Shown here one piece after another: positions 1 to 8,041 of a DNA stretch of 64,000 nucleotides. The position numbers were made by a program, and so were the translations under genes. The notes under the pieces are model-generated. The model saw nothing but the letters and a program-made list of their open reading frames with translations. It was not told the origin of the DNA and did no database searches. The DNA comes from Bacteroidota bacterium (lineage in GTDB: Bacteria; Bacteroidota; Bacteroidia; JAFLBG01): positions 30,855 through 94,854 of the forward strand of contig JAFLBG010000008.1 of NCBI GenBank assembly GCA_017303975.1, given 5' to 3'. Positions within the stretch are counted from its first letter, which is position 1; every line of letters begins with the position of its first letter.

Positions 1-104
1 ATGCAAGTGGGTTATCAACTATGTTGCGTTAATATCATTATTCGACCACAAACAATTAGCATCTATTAATAAGTAACTTAATTGGCTGAAATACTATGCG
101 TTAG

Positions 105-2297
105 ATGCTTAAAAGTTTTCCTTTTCAAAAACAATTAGATCAAAAGGATTGTGGTCCTACGTGTGTTTCCATGATAAGCAAATATTATGGAAAGACTTAC
201 CCAATGCCGTTTTTGAGGGAACGCGCGTATTTAACACGAGAGGGTGTTAATCTACTAGGAATAAGCGATTTAGCGGAGTCTATTGGTTTTAGGACACTTG
301 GTGTACGCGTAACCTTTGAGCAATTGGCCGATAATTTACCATTGCCTTGTATTGCGCATTGGAGGCTGAACCACTTTGTGGTGGTTCATAAAATTAAGAA
401 GGATAAAGTCTATGTTGCCGATCCTGCGCATGGAATGATAACCTACACCAAAGAAGAATTTAAAAAGTATTGGGTTAGTTTGCCGGGTGAACAAGGCGTA
501 TTGCTTTTGTTTGAGACTACTCCCGAGTTTCATGAGAAAAACGAAAAAGATATTGCTAAAGACAATAAACGAGGTTTTTCTTTTTTGTTTAAGTATTTAT
601 TGAATTATAAAAAATACTTTATTCAGCTCTTTATTGGCTTGTTGGTAGGCACTTTGCTGCAATTAATACTTCCGTTCTTAACGCAATCGTTGGTGGATTA
701 TGGTGTAGGGAATCAAAATATAAATTTTGTGTACATGATACTTATTGCGCAATTGGTGCTAACACTAAGCAGCGCATCGGTTGAATTTATTAGGAGTTGG
801 ATATTACTGCACATCAGTTCTCGAATAAATATTTCTATTGTGTCTGATTTCTTGGCGAAATTAATGCGTTTACCTATCTCGTATTTTGATGCAAAGATGA
901 CAGGGGACATCATGCAGCGCATCGGAGATCACAGTAGAATAGAGCAGTTCATGACATCTTCTACGTTAAACACACTTTTTTCGATGATTAATTTTATTGT
1001 GTTTGGTGTTATAATGGCCTATTACAGCATGAAAATATTAACCATCTTTTTTATTGGAAGTATTCTGTATGCCTTGTGGGTTGTGTTCTTCCTGCGATTC
1101 AGAAAAGAGTTGGATTACAAGCGCTTTAGCGAAATGTCGGAGAATCAAAATAACATGATACAGTTGATTGGTGGCATGCAAGAAATAAAATTGCAAAACT
1201 GCGAACGCCAGAAACGTTGGGAATGGGAACACATACAGGTTAAATTATTTAAACTAAGCGTAAGAGGCTTGACTATTGGGCAATACCAGCAAGCGGGCTC
1301 TTTGCTTATAAACGAGCTGAAAAATATTATCATCAGTTTTATTTCTGCGAAGGAAGTAATTGACGGGAATATGACATTGGGTATGATGATGTCGGTGTCC
1401 TACATTCTAGGGCAGCTGAATATGCCCATTAATCAATTGATTGGGTTTATTCAATCTGCACAAGATGCAAAAATGAGTTTGGAGCGATTAAGTGAAATTC
1501 ACAACAAAGAAGACGAAGAAACGCCTGAACAGCTTGCCAATAATATATTCCCGGAGAACAAGTCGTTGCAACTGAACAATGTTGCATTTCAATACGAAGG
1601 AAAACATTCCGAAATGGTGTTGAAGAATGTGAACGTGCATATCCCCGAAGGCAAGGTAACTGCCATTGTTGGCACTAGTGGCAGTGGCAAGACGACAATC
1701 CTTAAAATGCTCTTGAAGTTTTACAAACCTGCGGAGGGAGAAATAAAAGTAGGCGATATAAATTTGGAAAACTTTAGTAGCAGCCAATGGCGCAGGCGCG
1801 TAGGTGTTGTAATGCAAGACGGATTTATTTTTTCCGATACTATTGCTAAAAATATTGCGGTAGGCGAAGAAATCATCGACAAAGAGCGATTGCTGTGGGC
1901 TGTAAAGGTTGCCAATATTCAAGAGTTTGTAGAAGGCTTGCCAATGGCGTATAACCAAAAGATTGGAGCAGATGGGCATGGCTTGAGTATGGGGCAGCGG
2001 CAACGAATTTTAATTGCTCGTGCTGTATATAAAAATCCGGAATATATTTTCTTAGATGAGGCTACCAATGCGTTGGATGCGAATAACGAGAAAGTGATTA
2101 TGGAGAATTTGGATAATTTCTTCAAAGGCCGAACGGTGGTTGTAGTGGCACATAGGCTAAGTACAGTGAAGAAAGCCGACCAAATACTGGTGATTGAAAA
2201 GGGTGTAATTATTGAACGCGGAACACATGAAGAATTGGTGCGTTTGCGCGGTGCATATTTTAATTTAGTTAAAAACCAACTGGAGCTAGGAAACTAA
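105..2297 (+). CDS. Peptidase-C39-domain ABC transporter (double-glycine leader peptide processing and export, ComA/LagD type)
   Basis: 730-aa ORF. N-terminal C39 motif QKDCGPTC (nucleophile Cys) with downstream HFVVVHK and ADP (His/Asp region). Central multi-TM block. C-terminal NBD with Walker A GTSGSGKTT, ABC signature LSMGQRQR, Walker B YIFLDEAT, H-loop VVAHRLS. Confidence 0.9.
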   Translation: MLKSFPFQKQLDQKDCGPTCVSMISKYYGKTYPMPFLRERAYLTREGVNLLGISDLAESIGFRTLGVRVTFEQLADNLPLPCIAHWRLNHFVVVHKIKKDKVYVADPAHGMITYTKEEFKKYWVSLPGEQGVLLLFETTPEFHEKNEKDIAKDNKRGFSFLFKYLLNYKKYFIQLFIGLLVGTLLQLILPFLTQSLVDYGVGNQNINFVYMILIAQLVLTLSSASVEFIRSWILLHISSRINISIVSDFLAKLMRLPISYFDAKMTGDIMQRIGDHSRIEQFMTSSTLNTLFSMINFIVFGVIMAYYSMKILTIFFIGSILYALWVVFFLRFRKELDYKRFSEMSENQNNMIQLIGGMQEIKLQNCERQKRWEWEHIQVKLFKLSVRGLTIGQYQQAGSLLINELKNIIISFISAKEVIDGNMTLGMMMSVSYILGQLNMPINQLIGFIQSAQDAKMSLERLSEIHNKEDEETPEQLANNIFPENKSLQLNNVAFQYEGKHSEMVLKNVNVHIPEGKVTAIVGTSGSGKTTILKMLLKFYKPAEGEIKVGDINLENFSSSQWRRRVGVVMQDGFIFSDTIAKNIAVGEEIIDKERLLWAVKVANIQEFVEGLPMAYNQKIGADGHGLSMGQRQRILIARAVYKNPEYIFLDEATNALDANNEKVIMENLDNFFKGRTVVVVAHRLSTVKKADQILVIEKGVIIERGTHEELVRLRGAYFNLVKNQLELGN

Positions 2298-2298
2298 G

Positions 2299-3615
2299 AT
2301 GTCGCCAATAGAAAAAATGGAAGTGGAAGACAGACGTCTCGAAGTAAGAAGCGAGGCGGTTCAGGAGGTATTGACTAAAACACCCGCATGGATAATACGC
2401 GCAGGTATCACGGTAATTTTTTTAATCATTGTTGGTTTATTAGTTGGAACATGGTTTATTCGTTATCCGGATATTATTACTGCACAATTTACGCTTACTT
2501 CCGATCAGCCACCTGCACGAGTTGTGGCACGAACCAGCGGAGAGCTCAGTAGATTGTTTGTTAAAGAAAATCAAAAAGTAAAAAAAGGAGAGTACTTGGC
2601 AGCCTTTAAAACTATTGTAAATATTGACGATGTAGCCAAGCTTAAAACCAAACTGAAAGAGTTTGAGTCCGTGCTTTCTACTCCAATGAATTACCAAGCT
2701 GTTGCGCTTGATTCCAATTTGTTTTTGGGCGAACTGCAGCCTGATTATTCAGCTTTTCAGCGCTATGTGTATGAGGCGATTGATATTTTTTCGAATGATT
2801 ATTATGGGCAAAAAATTGCAGCAATTCAGAATCAAATAAACAATTACTATGTAATGAATGAAAAGCTGGTGCAGCAAAAGCGCATACTGGCAGAAGATTT
2901 TTCCATTACACAAAATTTATTTAACAAAGACCAAAAGCTCTATGACAACAAGGCTGTAAGCGAAGTAGAATACCTGAATAAACAATCCGGTTATTTACAG
3001 AAAAAATATTCATTCGAAAATATTACCATTAATATTATTTCGAATACCGTGCAACAAGAAGAATACAAAAAGGCAATTTTAGATTTAAAGCAACAAGAGA
3101 TAGAGCGTAAACGAACTGTGCTGTCTTCTGTTCGTGAGGCTTACAGCAGAATGCTATCGCAAATAGCGCAGTGGGAGCAAACCTATATTATGATAGCCCC
3201 AACGGATGGATATGTTTCGTTATTTAAATATTGGAGCGAGAATCAGTTTGTGAATGCAAACGAAGAAATAATGACTGTTGTTTCTAACTCAGATAAAATT
3301 AAAGGTAAGGTATTGTTATCATCATTAGGCTCAGGAAAGGTTAAGCTAGGGCAATTGGTGCGTGTTAAGTTTGAAGGATATCCGCACAATGAATATGGGG
3401 TGGTAGAAGGCAAGATTGTAAGCATTTCTAAAGTGCCTCGTAATGGGCAGTATTTATTAGATATTGAGCTTGCCAATGGATTGATGACTACGTATCACAA
3501 AGAGCTGGAGTTTAAACAAGAAATGGCAGGCGCTGCGGATATAGTAACGGATGATCTTCGTTTATTTGAACGAATATTTAACCAGCTAAAGAGTGTGTTA
3601 GATAAAATAAAGTAA
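2299..3615 (+). CDS. HlyD-family membrane fusion / secretion adaptor protein
   Basis: 438-aa ORF starting 1 nt after the ABC stop (operon-like). Single N-terminal TM (AGITVIFLIIVGLLVGTWFI), long coiled-coil-like middle (Q/K/E-rich), C-terminal barrel-like segment GQLVRVKFEGYP...GVVEGKIVSIS typical of HlyD partners of bacteriocin ABC exporters. Confidence 0.8.
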   Translation: MSPIEKMEVEDRRLEVRSEAVQEVLTKTPAWIIRAGITVIFLIIVGLLVGTWFIRYPDIITAQFTLTSDQPPARVVARTSGELSRLFVKENQKVKKGEYLAAFKTIVNIDDVAKLKTKLKEFESVLSTPMNYQAVALDSNLFLGELQPDYSAFQRYVYEAIDIFSNDYYGQKIAAIQNQINNYYVMNEKLVQQKRILAEDFSITQNLFNKDQKLYDNKAVSEVEYLNKQSGYLQKKYSFENITINIISNTVQQEEYKKAILDLKQQEIERKRTVLSSVREAYSRMLSQIAQWEQTYIMIAPTDGYVSLFKYWSENQFVNANEEIMTVVSNSDKIKGKVLLSSLGSGKVKLGQLVRVKFEGYPHNEYGVVEGKIVSISKVPRNGQYLLDIELANGLMTTYHKELEFKQEMAGAADIVTDDLRLFERIFNQLKSVLDKIK

Positions 3616-3914
3616 AGGAGTGATATTTCTTTAGGGGGGGCTTCTCAAATAGTATCTTCTGTTTATGGGAAATTGTTGATAATCCTACTAACGTTCCGCA
3701 GCTAAGCACGATGCGGGTTTATTATTACTTACGCTAACTAGTCTGCTAAACAAATATAAATTAAAAGGACTCAAGGAACTGGCAAATGCTTAGAAATAAA
3801 GTTATACCGCTTTAATAAACATTTGCGACTTGCACGAACTCCGCATCTTACTTAGGTGGTGTTAGGCGTTCTTTCTTTTTTTTCGGTCAGGGTTGTTAAT
3901 GTCATTCTAAGTTT

Positions 3915-3922
3915 TAAATTTG
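3915..3922 (+). promoter_or_regulatory. Candidate Bacteroidota sigma-A -7 box (TAnnTTTG) upstream of the methyltransferase
   Basis: taaatttg matches TAnnTTTG. It lies 14 nt before ATG 3936 and 32 nt before ATG 3954. Confidence 0.3.
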
Positions 3923-3935
3923 TAACCATTGTATA

Positions 3936-5192
3936 ATGTTAATCTATTTGGTTATGGATAAATATTTAACGCTTTCAGAAGCATCTGAACTCATTGGTAA
4001 AAGTAAAGAAACTCTCAGACGTTGGGATAGAGATGGGAAATTGTCGGCTGTTCGTGAACCAATGAGTAACTATAGAGTTTATAAAAGGGAGGAGGTCGAA
4101 ATGCTTTTTGCAGACTTTGTTAGTAAAGACGTGAAAAGTGATGTTTCTAATCATGTCGAGCCCCATAATGATTATTCAGTTTTAGAATTGTTTGCTGGAG
4201 CTGGTGGTCTTGCTGTCGGTATGGAAAAAGCGGGATTGAAATGTGTCGCATTGAATGAAATTGATAAATGGGCTTGTCAAACTTTGCGAAAAAATCGTCC
4301 GCATTGGAAGGTATTAGAAGGTGATATAAAGTCTTTTGATTTTTCTGAATACAAAAACAAAATTGATGTCGTTACTGGTGGCTTTCCTTGTCAAGCATTT
4401 AGTTACGCAGGAAAAAAATTAGGTCTTGCAGATGCAAGAGGAACACTTTTTTATGAATTTGCAAGAGTTGTAAGGCAGGTCAATCCTCCGATTTGTATTG
4501 GTGAAAATGTTCGTGGCTTGTTAAGCCACGAAAACGGCAAAACATTACAAGGCATGATTTCTGTTTTAGATGAAATTGGGTACAATGTTGTTCCTGTTCA
4601 AGTTTTAAAAGCTATTAATTTTAAAGTACCTCAGAAAAGAGAAAGATTAATTTTGGTAGGAATTAGAAAAGATATTGATTTGCAATATGAATATCCAAAA
4701 CCATATAAAAAAATTTACACCTTGAAAGATGCATTGAAAAAAGGCGAATTATTTGATTGCAATGTTCCAAAATCTCCAGGTGCAAAATACCCAAAAAACA
4801 AAAAAGATGTTTTAGATTTAGTTCCTCAAAAGGGTTATTGGAGAGACTTGCCTCTGAAAATTCAAAAAGAATTTATGGGCGGAAGTTTTTATTTAGGTGG
4901 TGGGAAAACAGGTATTGCAAGGAGAATTGGTTGGGACGAACCCTGTCTAACACTTACTTGCAGCCCAGCACAAAAACAAACAGAAAGATGTCATCCCGAA
5001 GAAACCCGTCCTTTTACTGTTCGTGAATATGCAAGAATTCAAACATTTCCAGATGATTGGAGATTTGAAGGTTCATTAGCACAGCAATATAAACAAATTG
5101 GCAATGCAGTTCCCGTTAACTTAGGAAAAGAAGTTGGTCTTTCTATCGTAAAATTTCTGAATGAATATTATTCAAAGTTAAAACGTAAATAG
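3936..5192 (+). CDS. DNA (cytosine-5)-methyltransferase with N-terminal MerR/excisionase-type HTH
   Basis: C5-MTase motifs in order: I ELFAGAGGLAVG, IV GGFPCQAFS, VI GENVRGL, VIII QKRERLILVG, IX TVREYARIQTFPDDW, X GNAVPVNL. The N-terminal ~60 aa (LTLSEASELIGKSKETLRRWDRDGKL...YRVYKREEVE) looks like a MerR-type HTH. The start may be ATG 3954 (MDKYL) rather than 3936. Confidence 0.92.
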   Translation: MLIYLVMDKYLTLSEASELIGKSKETLRRWDRDGKLSAVREPMSNYRVYKREEVEMLFADFVSKDVKSDVSNHVEPHNDYSVLELFAGAGGLAVGMEKAGLKCVALNEIDKWACQTLRKNRPHWKVLEGDIKSFDFSEYKNKIDVVTGGFPCQAFSYAGKKLGLADARGTLFYEFARVVRQVNPPICIGENVRGLLSHENGKTLQGMISVLDEIGYNVVPVQVLKAINFKVPQKRERLILVGIRKDIDLQYEYPKPYKKIYTLKDALKKGELFDCNVPKSPGAKYPKNKKDVLDLVPQKGYWRDLPLKIQKEFMGGSFYLGGGKTGIARRIGWDEPCLTLTCSPAQKQTERCHPEETRPFTVREYARIQTFPDDWRFEGSLAQQYKQIGNAVPVNLGKEVGLSIVKFLNEYYSKLKRK

Positions 5193-5891
5193 TGGAGATT
5201 TTCTGATTTCTTCAGCAAGTTCTTCGCAACCTTTATTTATAAAATCTTTTGTATCAAGACTGTTAATGCTTTTATGAAGTTCTGCTACCAAACCATTATA
5301 GAAATTTGGAAAACCAGTAACTCGGTGCCAAAATTCTTTTCCAATTATAACAGGATGGGTTTTGTCAATTTCTTTGTAATGCATACTTAATTCAGCACTT
5401 TCACCATAAAGCACACCTACAATAAAATCATTATTACTAATTCCTTTAAGAGATTTATTGGTTCTTGCTAAATTAATTGTAGTTGTAAACTTTTTTATGA
5501 GTGGCTGAACATCTTCAGAATTAATTGTATTAGGTCCTGATTTAAGTTGACACCATTTTCTTCTTTTGTCTATTTTATCAATAAACTCAATGTCCATACC
5601 TTTAATTTTTGAACCTTCAGCAATTTCCAATTCAACAAACATATTTTGAATTCTTGTTCCAAATGATGTGTTTATTGATGTGCCTAATACTCTAGGATAA
5701 TAAAGAGCTTTAGCAACTCCTTCAGGACTATAGTTACCTTCTAAAACTTTGGATAAATACTTTACAACAATTGGATTTATATTGTAAGATTTCAATTTTG
5801 AATGAGTTTTTAAAGAAGCATTTACATGGTTCTCAAAAATATTTTTTTCAAAATATATAACTATTTCTTTTAGCAACTCATTTTGTTTCAT
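5178..5891 (-). CDS. Probable type II restriction endonuclease (PD-(D/E)XK-like), partner of the adjacent C5-MTase
   Basis: 237-aa ORF convergent with the MTase and overlapping it by 15 bp. Candidate catalytic segment GMDIEFIDKIDKRRKWCQLKSGPNT (D...E.. ...QxK). From memory, the size and the QLKSGPN motif resemble the Eco47II/Sau96I-type (GGNCC) family. This is unverified. Confidence 0.55.
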   Translation of the reverse strand: MKQNELLKEIVIYFEKNIFENHVNASLKTHSKLKSYNINPIVVKYLSKVLEGNYSPEGVAKALYYPRVLGTSINTSFGTRIQNMFVELEIAEGSKIKGMDIEFIDKIDKRRKWCQLKSGPNTINSEDVQPLIKKFTTTINLARTNKSLKGISNNDFIVGVLYGESAELSMHYKEIDKTHPVIIGKEFWHRVTGFPNFYNGLVAELHKSINSLDTKDFINKGCEELAEEIRKSPLFTF

Positions 5892-6441
5892 TTCATCTTA
5901 ATATTTGTGTGCATTGTTCTTAATGTTCGAATATGCTTTGTAACTTGTCTTTTGTTCAATTCTGTCAAAAAAATAAGTTTCGAAGTTAGCATTAAAAGTC
6001 AATATTTAGCAATATTGGTCATTGTTTGCTCTATACGTTCCAGAATGACGTCTAACTTCGTTATACCCGAAACTTTATTTCGCAAAGCTCTCCTAAATTT
6101 GGTAGATTGCCGCTACTCACTAGCTGTTATTTATTTTTAAATATAGCCCTTTCTAGTATAAATAATCAACGGGTATCATTATTTTTTTTGCTGCTCGGGG
6201 AGCTTAAAAGAAGTTTAGGTGTATTATTAGTTCTCATTCTTCCGGTTTCCTCCAGCCCAACTTCTACTACTACTTTTCCTTCTTTTTACGAGTTATCCAT
6301 ACAATTAGTTGCGTTTACAATTCGTTTGCCTTTCAAGTCTCCCCAGTCCTATAATAGACTTCCGTCATAATTCAATACAACATTTTTTAATCAACTTATA
6401 AGGTATTGGTCACACTGAAGTGTGTGGGTAAGCTTTCCCAA

Positions 6442-6465
6442 ATCCTTCGACAGGCTCAGGATGAC
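6442..6465 (-). repeat. Short dispersed hairpin repeat (gtcatcctgagcctgtcgaaggat on the minus strand)
   Basis: Intergenic. atcc...ggat stem. Same architecture as the copy at 48509..48535. Resembles a GTCATnC..AGC..GnATGA-type small repeat I recall being common in Bacteroidota intergenic DNA. Confidence 0.4.
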
Positions 6466-6601
6466 AGCCCTAAAGTTCAATATTTTAAATACTTTCAACG
6501 CTTTATTCGCCTTAAATTATGAAATAGATCTACTATAAAACATTTGCAGGAGCAACAAGATTAGTTGTATTTTTGTTACTTAAATTTTAAGCGCTTTTCG
6601 C

Positions 6602-7978
6602 ATGGAAGATATAACTCGAAAGGATATTGAATATGTTTTACAACAGCAACGTGCATTTTTTGCTACGCATCAAACAAAGAATTGTGCATTTAGAGTTGAA
6701 GCATTAAAAAAACTAAAAAATGCTATTATAAAATACGAATCGAAAATTGCAGATGCACTTTCGAAAGACTTGCGCAAATCATTTGAAGAGGCTTACTTAA
6801 CAGAAATAAGCATTGTTTTAGAAGAAATTACAAATCATATAAAGAATATAGGCTACTGGTCGTCTCCCAAAGGAGTTTCAACTCCATTTTATTTATTTCC
6901 TTCTAGTAGTAAAATACAATACGAACCTTTAGGTGTTGCGCTTGTAATTGCTCCGTGGAATTACCCTTTTCAATTGTTGATGAATCCTCTTGTTGGTGCT
7001 ATCTCTGCCGGATGTTGTGCTATTTTAAAACCTTCTCCTCATGCTCCGCATACCGCAAAAGTGATGGAAGACTTGTTAAAAGAAATTTTTCCGGCTAATT
7101 ATGTAGCTGTTGTGCAAGGTGGAAGAGAAGTAAATGAAATGTTGCTCGAACAAAAGTTTGATACTATATTTTTTACAGGAAGCAGTGCGGTTGGAAAAGT
7201 TGTGATGAAGGCTGCAGCCCAACACCTTACTCCAGTTGTATTAGAGCTTGGAGGAAAAAGTCCCTGTATTGTAGATAAAGAGGCAAATATTGATTTGGCG
7301 GCTAAACGAATTATTTGGGGCAAAACAATTAATGCCGGTCAATCTTGCATTGCGCCTGATTATGTATTTGTACATCAATCAGTAAAAGAAGAATTGGTAA
7401 AGAAAATGGTGGAGCACATCCACAAAATGTTTGGAAAAAATATCCAAGAAAGCAAGCACTATCCTCGCATTGTTACTGTAGAGGCATTTGATCGCATTGA
7501 AAAATTAATAACCCAAGGAACCATTTTATTTGGTGGAAGAACAGACAGAAACGATAAGTTTATCGAACCTACTCTCTTAGATAATTGTAAGCCGGAGTCC
7601 CCAATAATGCAGGAAGAGATTTTCGGCCCTGTATTACCAATACTTGCATTTGAAAACATAAGCGAAGTAGTAACATATATTAACTCTAAAGAAAAACCGT
7701 TGGCACTTTATTATTTTGGAGCAACAAAAAAAGCAAACGAAGTGCTTTCAAAAACTACTGCCGGAGGTGTTTGCATTAACGACACCATGATGCATATTGC
7801 CAATCACCACTTACCTTTTGGGGGAGTAGGAAACAGCGGCTTAAATAAATACCACGGCAAAGAAAGTTTTTTAGCTTTTAGCAATGCAAAAGGAATTGTG
7901 AGCACACCTACTTGGATTGACTTACCTTTTAAATACGTGCCGTTTAAGTTTTTTAAATTATTGAAAAAATTTATTTAG
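6602..7978 (+). CDS. NAD(P)+-dependent aldehyde dehydrogenase (class 3 / fatty-aldehyde type)
   Basis: 458-aa ORF. Catalytic Glu motif VLELGGKSP, catalytic Cys motif NAGQSCIAPDY, FTGS nucleotide-binding segment, EEIFGPVLP motif. Confidence 0.9.
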   Translation: MEDITRKDIEYVLQQQRAFFATHQTKNCAFRVEALKKLKNAIIKYESKIADALSKDLRKSFEEAYLTEISIVLEEITNHIKNIGYWSSPKGVSTPFYLFPSSSKIQYEPLGVALVIAPWNYPFQLLMNPLVGAISAGCCAILKPSPHAPHTAKVMEDLLKEIFPANYVAVVQGGREVNEMLLEQKFDTIFFTGSSAVGKVVMKAAAQHLTPVVLELGGKSPCIVDKEANIDLAAKRIIWGKTINAGQSCIAPDYVFVHQSVKEELVKKMVEHIHKMFGKNIQESKHYPRIVTVEAFDRIEKLITQGTILFGGRTDRNDKFIEPTLLDNCKPESPIMQEEIFGPVLPILAFENISEVVTYINSKEKPLALYYFGATKKANEVLSKTTAGGVCINDTMMHIANHHLPFGGVGNSGLNKYHGKESFLAFSNAKGIVSTPTWIDLPFKYVPFKFFKLLKKFI

Positions 7979-8041
7979 CCTTGTTGCAGCCCATAACAAC
8001 AAGTTTCAAAATGCAGACTGAAAAGTAAAACGATACAATAC

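Noticed and set aside
1488-2003. Long antisense ORFs inside confident genes (for example 1488..2003, 8330..8695, 10583..11032, 28959..29321, 42774..43151, 56389..56931)
   Set aside because: Each lies wholly within, and opposite to, a gene with strong motif support. The translations are low-complexity mirrors (Pro/Ser-rich opposite the Gly/Asp-rich repeats). None has independent features.
3817-3826. Direct repeat aaacatttgc flanking the R-M islet (second copy 6538..6547) as a possible att/target-site duplication
   Set aside because: A single 10-mer shared between two AT-rich regions of 320 and 710 bp is about what chance predicts. No integrase or transposase is present.
3616-3935. Possible tmRNA (ssrA) or its 3' end serving as an integration site for the R-M islet
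   Set aside because: There is no GGGGCTG-type acceptor 5' end. There is no T-arm GGTTCGA...CCA. No short tag ORF ends in ALAA-like residues on either strand. Only generic hairpins are present.
6061-6120. Minus-strand peptide GNLPNLGELCEIKF, reminiscent of the W/L..LGE..EI..G motif of restriction specificity (HsdS-like) or type IIG target-recognition domains
   Set aside because: It is only about 19 codons long before a stop, and the flanking frames are full of stops. It is too short to tell apart from chance. It is worth a TBLASTX but cannot be supported as a feature.
5883-6370. Two plus-strand ORFs (85 and 87 aa) in the gene desert
   Set aside because: The translations are low-complexity and hydrophobic/Ser-Thr-rich. 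The ORFs overlap each other. They have no promoter-like box or recognisable motif, and the first overlaps the start of the endonuclease gene. They are most likely chance ORFs in AT-rich DNA.
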